Below, one piece after another: positions 60,646 to 64,000 of a stretch of DNA of 64,000 bases; within the stretch, counting starts at the first letter, position 1, and every line of letters starts with the position of its first letter. Source of the stretch: Clostridia bacterium (GTDB taxonomy: Bacteria > Bacillota > Clostridia > UMGS1883 > UMGS1540); assembly GCA_045656005.1 (NCBI GenBank), contig JAZOQG010000070.1:8065-72064 (forward strand). Direction: 5' to 3'. Under the pieces are notes generated by a model. That model was given only the letters and a program-made list of their open reading frames with translations, searched no databases and was not told the DNA's origin. The position numbers and the translations under genes were made by a program.

Positions 60646-61830
60646 ATGAATATTGAACTTATGAAAGAAGAATTCATAAAAAGATTTGGAGAAAGCGAAA
60701 AACCTCTTCGTGTTTTTAAATCTCCCGGCAGAGTAAATCTTATCGGAGAACACACAGATTATAACGGAGGTCTTGTTTTTCCTGCGGCGATTTGCCTTGA
60801 AACTACAATTGTTGTGCGTGAGCGTGATGATAAAATCATAAAGCTTGCCGCAACGGACCTTGATGTATTGGTTGAGGCAGATATAGATAAAATTTATGAA
60901 TATAAAGACATTCCATGGGGGAATTATCAGCTTGGCATAGCTTCAGAACTTATGCGTGATGGCTATGAAATTATGGGATGCGAAATGCTTTTTGATGATA
61001 CTGTGCCTCACGGCGGCGGTCTTTCTTCCTCTGCGGCGATAGAGGTTGCAACAGCTCTTACTCTCGCCACATTGTCAAACGAAAGAATGGGTAAAAACGA
61101 AGAAGTTGACATGGTATATATGGCACTTATCGGACAGAGAGCCGAGAGAAATTATATAGGAGTATCCTGCGGAATTATGGACCAGTTTGCATCTGCTATG
61201 GGCAAGGAAAATCATGCAGTAATGCTTGACTGCAATACTTTGGAATATAAACATGTTCCGCTTAATTTAAAGGACGAAAGCATTGTAATTGCAAACACAA
61301 ATAAAAAGAGAAGTCTTATAACTTCAAAATATAATGAGAGATGCGAAGAGTGTCAAAAAGCTCTTGATGCACTTAAAACCCGCATGCCAAATGCCGAGGC
61401 ACTTTGCAAAATTTCCGTAGAAGATTTTGAAAAATATAAAAACGTTATTGAAGATGAAGTTGTGAGAAAGAGAGCAGAGCATGCAATTTATGAAAACGGC
61501 AGGGTAATAGAGTCTGTAAAAGCACTAAATGATGGAGATATAGAAAAGTTCGGTGAACTTATGAATGCCTCACATGACTCTCTACGTGATTTATACGAGG
61601 TAACAGGAATAGAACTTGACACACTCGTTGATGCCGCAAGAAAAAATAAAGGCTGTATCGGTTCAAGAATGACAGGTGCAGGCTTTGGCGGATGCACAGT
61701 AAGTATCGTTAAAAACGAATTTATTGAAAACTTCAAAGAAGCAGTAGGAAAGGAATATACCGAGAAAATCGGATACGCACCTTCGTTTTATGTAACGGGT
61801 GCAGGAGATGGGGGAAGGGAGATAAAGTAA
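60646..61830 (+). CDS. galK: Galactokinase
   Basis: GRVNLIGEHTDYNGG signature, GHMP kinase motif GGLSSSAA. Confidence 0.9.
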   Translation: MNIELMKEEFIKRFGESEKPLRVFKSPGRVNLIGEHTDYNGGLVFPAAICLETTIVVRERDDKIIKLAATDLDVLVEADIDKIYEYKDIPWGNYQLGIASELMRDGYEIMGCEMLFDDTVPHGGGLSSSAAIEVATALTLATLSNERMGKNEEVDMVYMALIGQRAERNYIGVSCGIMDQFASAMGKENHAVMLDCNTLEYKHVPLNLKDESIVIANTNKKRSLITSKYNERCEECQKALDALKTRMPNAEALCKISVEDFEKYKNVIEDEVVRKRAEHAIYENGRVIESVKALNDGDIEKFGELMNASHDSLRDLYEVTGIELDTLVDAARKNKGCIGSRMTGAGFGGCTVSIVKNEFIENFKEAVGKEYTEKIGYAPSFYVTGAGDGGREIK

Positions 61831-61831
61831 T

Positions 61832-62395
61832 ATGAAAAAAAGTATGATAGTAATTATTGCGGTAGTCGCAGTTATTTTGGTTATTGTATTTTCATTTGTC
61901 GGCTCTTATAATTCTCTTGTAAGTATGAGGGAAGGTGTAAGCGAAAAGCTTTCAACTATTGATGTTCTTCTTCAGAGAAGGGCAGACCTTATTCCAAACC
62001 TTGTAAACACAGTTAAAGGATATGCAGGGCATGAACAGGAGGCAATAAAGGCAGTTTCTGATGCAAGAACTAAATATGCATCATCAGGTACTGCGGCTGA
62101 AAAAGCGGAGGCTGATGCCGCTATGACGGGTGCACTTTCACGTCTTCTGATGGTTGCAGAAAACTATCCTGACCTTAAGGCAGATGCAAACTTTAGACAG
62201 CTTTCCGATGAACTTGCGGGAACAGAGAATAGAATTTCTGTCGGCAGGCAGGATTATAACAGTGTTGCAAAAGAATACAATACAAAAATTATAAGATTTC
62301 CTTCAAACATTATTGCAAACGTGTTTGGTTTTGAAAAAGCGGAATATTTTGAAGCGGCAGAGGGAAGCACGGCTGTGCCGCAGGTAAGTTTCTGA
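61832..62395 (+). CDS. LemA family protein
   Basis: N-terminal TM, SYNSLV...LMVAENYPDLKA LemA pattern. Confidence 0.8.
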   Translation: MKKSMIVIIAVVAVILVIVFSFVGSYNSLVSMREGVSEKLSTIDVLLQRRADLIPNLVNTVKGYAGHEQEAIKAVSDARTKYASSGTAAEKAEADAAMTGALSRLLMVAENYPDLKADANFRQLSDELAGTENRISVGRQDYNSVAKEYNTKIIRFPSNIIANVFGFEKAEYFEAAEGSTAVPQVSF

Positions 62396-62397
62396 TT

Positions 62398-63153
62398 ATG
62401 TGTAAAAAAATATTTTTTTTAACGTTGACATTCCTCGTTTTGTGCATATCGGTTTTTGCTTTGCCAAGTCCCACAAACGAGTTTTATGTAAATGACTTTG
62501 CAAATGTAATAGATGCCGATGTGGAGGAACATATTGTCAATATTTCGGCACAGATAGAAAAAAGCACAGGCGCCCAGATAGTCGTTGCCGCATTTGAAAA
62601 TATAGAGGGCAATCAGGATGCCGAGTATGCCCTTAAAATTGGCAGAGAGTGGGGCATAGGAGATGAGGAAAAAGATAACGGAGTACTTCTCATGCTTGCA
62701 CTTGAAGAACGCAGTGTAAGGATTGAAGTAGGTCTTGGTCTTGAAGGAGCTTTGCCCGACGGCAAGTGCGGAAGAATTATAGACGAAGAAATAATTCCAT
62801 ATTTTGCAGAAGGCGACTGGTCGCAGGGGTTTTTAAAAGGCTTTGACCGCATTGTGGCAGAAGTTTGCAAAGAATATGGAATACCTATTCCCGAAGAAGT
62901 TGATGCCATACCCTATGAACAAGAGGATGACGAGGGCGGCTGGATAGCGGTTGCCGTTATATTAATAATACTGATAATTTATTTAAATCTTATTAAAAAA
63001 ATACCCCCTTCTCACAGGGGCGGGGGAGGAACATTTTATCACGGTGGCTTCTATGGTGGCTTTGGTGGCAGAGGCGGCGGTGGATTTTCCGGAGGCGGTT
63101 TCTCCGGCGGAGGCGGAAGCTTCGGTGGCGGAGGAGCAGGACGGAAATTCTAA
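62398..63153 (+). CDS. TPM-domain (YgcG-like) protein with TM and Gly-rich C-terminal tail
   Basis: Signal/TPM domain, TM, GGGGFSGGGFSGGGGSFGGGG tail typical of LemA-associated TPM proteins. Confidence 0.7.
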   Translation: MCKKIFFLTLTFLVLCISVFALPSPTNEFYVNDFANVIDADVEEHIVNISAQIEKSTGAQIVVAAFENIEGNQDAEYALKIGREWGIGDEEKDNGVLLMLALEERSVRIEVGLGLEGALPDGKCGRIIDEEIIPYFAEGDWSQGFLKGFDRIVAEVCKEYGIPIPEEVDAIPYEQEDDEGGWIAVAVILIILIIYLNLIKKIPPSHRGGGGTFYHGGFYGGFGGRGGGGFSGGGFSGGGGSFGGGGAGRKF

Positions 63154-63160
63154 AAATAAG

Positions 63161-63192
63161 AAGGTGTAAAAACTTATTTTTTACACCTTCTT
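63161..63192 (+). terminator. Hairpin terminator (gaaggtgtaaaaa...tttttacaccttc)
   Basis: 13-bp stem read directly. Confidence 0.7.
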
Positions 63193-63311
63193 TTGTTAAG
63201 CGATGAATATTTTATGAATTTGCAAATAAAGTATTGATTTATTTGAAAATTTATGGTAAAATATTTTCCAATGTGACAACACATAGTTTTGAAAACCAGA
63301 TGGAGGGAATT

Positions 63312-63971
63312 ATGTCGGAATTTAAGATAAGATATACAAAAGGCGAAGAAATTTTTAATATGGTATCCCATATATCGGGTGTTGCGGTGGGAATAGTTGC
63401 GCTTGTTTTGTGCGTTGTATTTTCTGCCATAAGAGGAAACGCGTATGATGTTGTGGCATCCGCAATTTACGGAGCGTCAATGATTATCCTTTACTCTGTT
63501 TCGAGTGTTTATCATGGACTTAGCCCCAGAGTTCGCGGAAAAGAAATTATGCGAATTTTGGATCACTGCATGATTTATGTTCTTATTGCAGGAACATATA
63601 CCCCCGTTTGCCTTTGTGCATTAAGAGAATATAATACTTCTCTTGGTTGGACTCTTTTTGGCATAATATGGGGACTTGCCGTTTTGGGAATAACACTTAA
63701 TGCCATCAGCCTCAAAAAGTTTAAAATCTTTTCGGCTATATGTTATATTGCAATGGGCTGGTGTGTTGTAGCAGTCTGGAGACCTACTGTGCAGATGCTC
63801 GGCACGGGAGGAATAACACTCATGCTTTTGGGCGGAGTAAGCTACACAATAGGTGCTGCATTTTATTACTTTTTGAAAAATAAAAGATACATGCATAGTG
63901 TTTTCCATTTGTTTGTAGTGTTTGGAAGTATCCTTCAGATGTTTTCAGTATTGTTTTATATAATAGGCTGA
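63312..63971 (+). CDS. Hemolysin III / PAQR-family channel protein
   Basis: 7 TMs with conserved His motifs (HGLSPRVRG, LDHCMIY, HSVFHLFV); RBS GGAGGG. Confidence 0.8.
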   Translation: MSEFKIRYTKGEEIFNMVSHISGVAVGIVALVLCVVFSAIRGNAYDVVASAIYGASMIILYSVSSVYHGLSPRVRGKEIMRILDHCMIYVLIAGTYTPVCLCALREYNTSLGWTLFGIIWGLAVLGITLNAISLKKFKIFSAICYIAMGWCVVAVWRPTVQMLGTGGITLMLLGGVSYTIGAAFYYFLKNKRYMHSVFHLFVVFGSILQMFSVLFYIIG

Positions 63972-64000
63972 TTTCCTATAACAACTCTGTCATGTCCTGC

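Noticed and set aside
1-64000. CRISPR arrays, tRNA/rRNA genes, transposases/IS elements
   Set aside because: No regularly spaced direct repeats, no tRNA-like T-arm or acceptor signatures, and no transposase-like ORFs were seen anywhere in the window.

Overview
Low-GC Firmicutes (Clostridia-type) chromosome segment spanning the replication origin. The left half is read on the minus strand: dnaA-dnaN-yaaA-recF-remB-gyrB-gyrA-ispG-polC. The right half is read on the plus strand: rpmH-rnpA-yidD-yidC-jag-mnmE-mnmG-rsmG-noc-soj-spo0J-serS. Gene orientation therefore switches at a DnaA-box/AT-rich oriC at about 33.06-33.42 kb, with a second DnaA-box cluster between dnaA and dnaN. Two parS sites lie between noc and soj. 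Sporulation genes spoIVB and spo0A are both present, separated by a three-gene membrane/SH3b operon on the opposite strand. Other identifiable genes: nitroreductase, glmM, SDR and Gfo/Idh/MocA oxidoreductases, CapA-like and SLH proteins, DUF1846, thrS, AraC regulator, mnmA, CDF transporter, acyl-CoA synthetase, XRE-cupin regulator, a cps-like Wzz/BY-kinase pair, an RCC1-repeat secreted protein, dprA, a cohesin-like secreted protein, an ACT/MBL-fold protein, a polysaccharide deacetylase, galT-galK, LemA/TPM and hemolysin-III. No rRNA, tRNA, CRISPR or transposase was seen. Most unusual: (i) a small cassette directly downstream of polC carrying a GIY-YIG-like gene and a four-helix-bundle (IVS/Avd-family) gene, each behind a copy of a structured repeat, the second copy expanded by arrays of a GCGATAT motif; (ii) an XRE/operator-controlled four-gene island (8.3-10.0 kb) encoding zinc-ribbon and Cys-rich proteins of unknown function; (iii) an Asn-homopolymer-like small protein encoded by degenerate AAC/AAT trinucleotide repeats; (iv) a Spo0A-box cluster between two divergent small genes downstream of spo0A.
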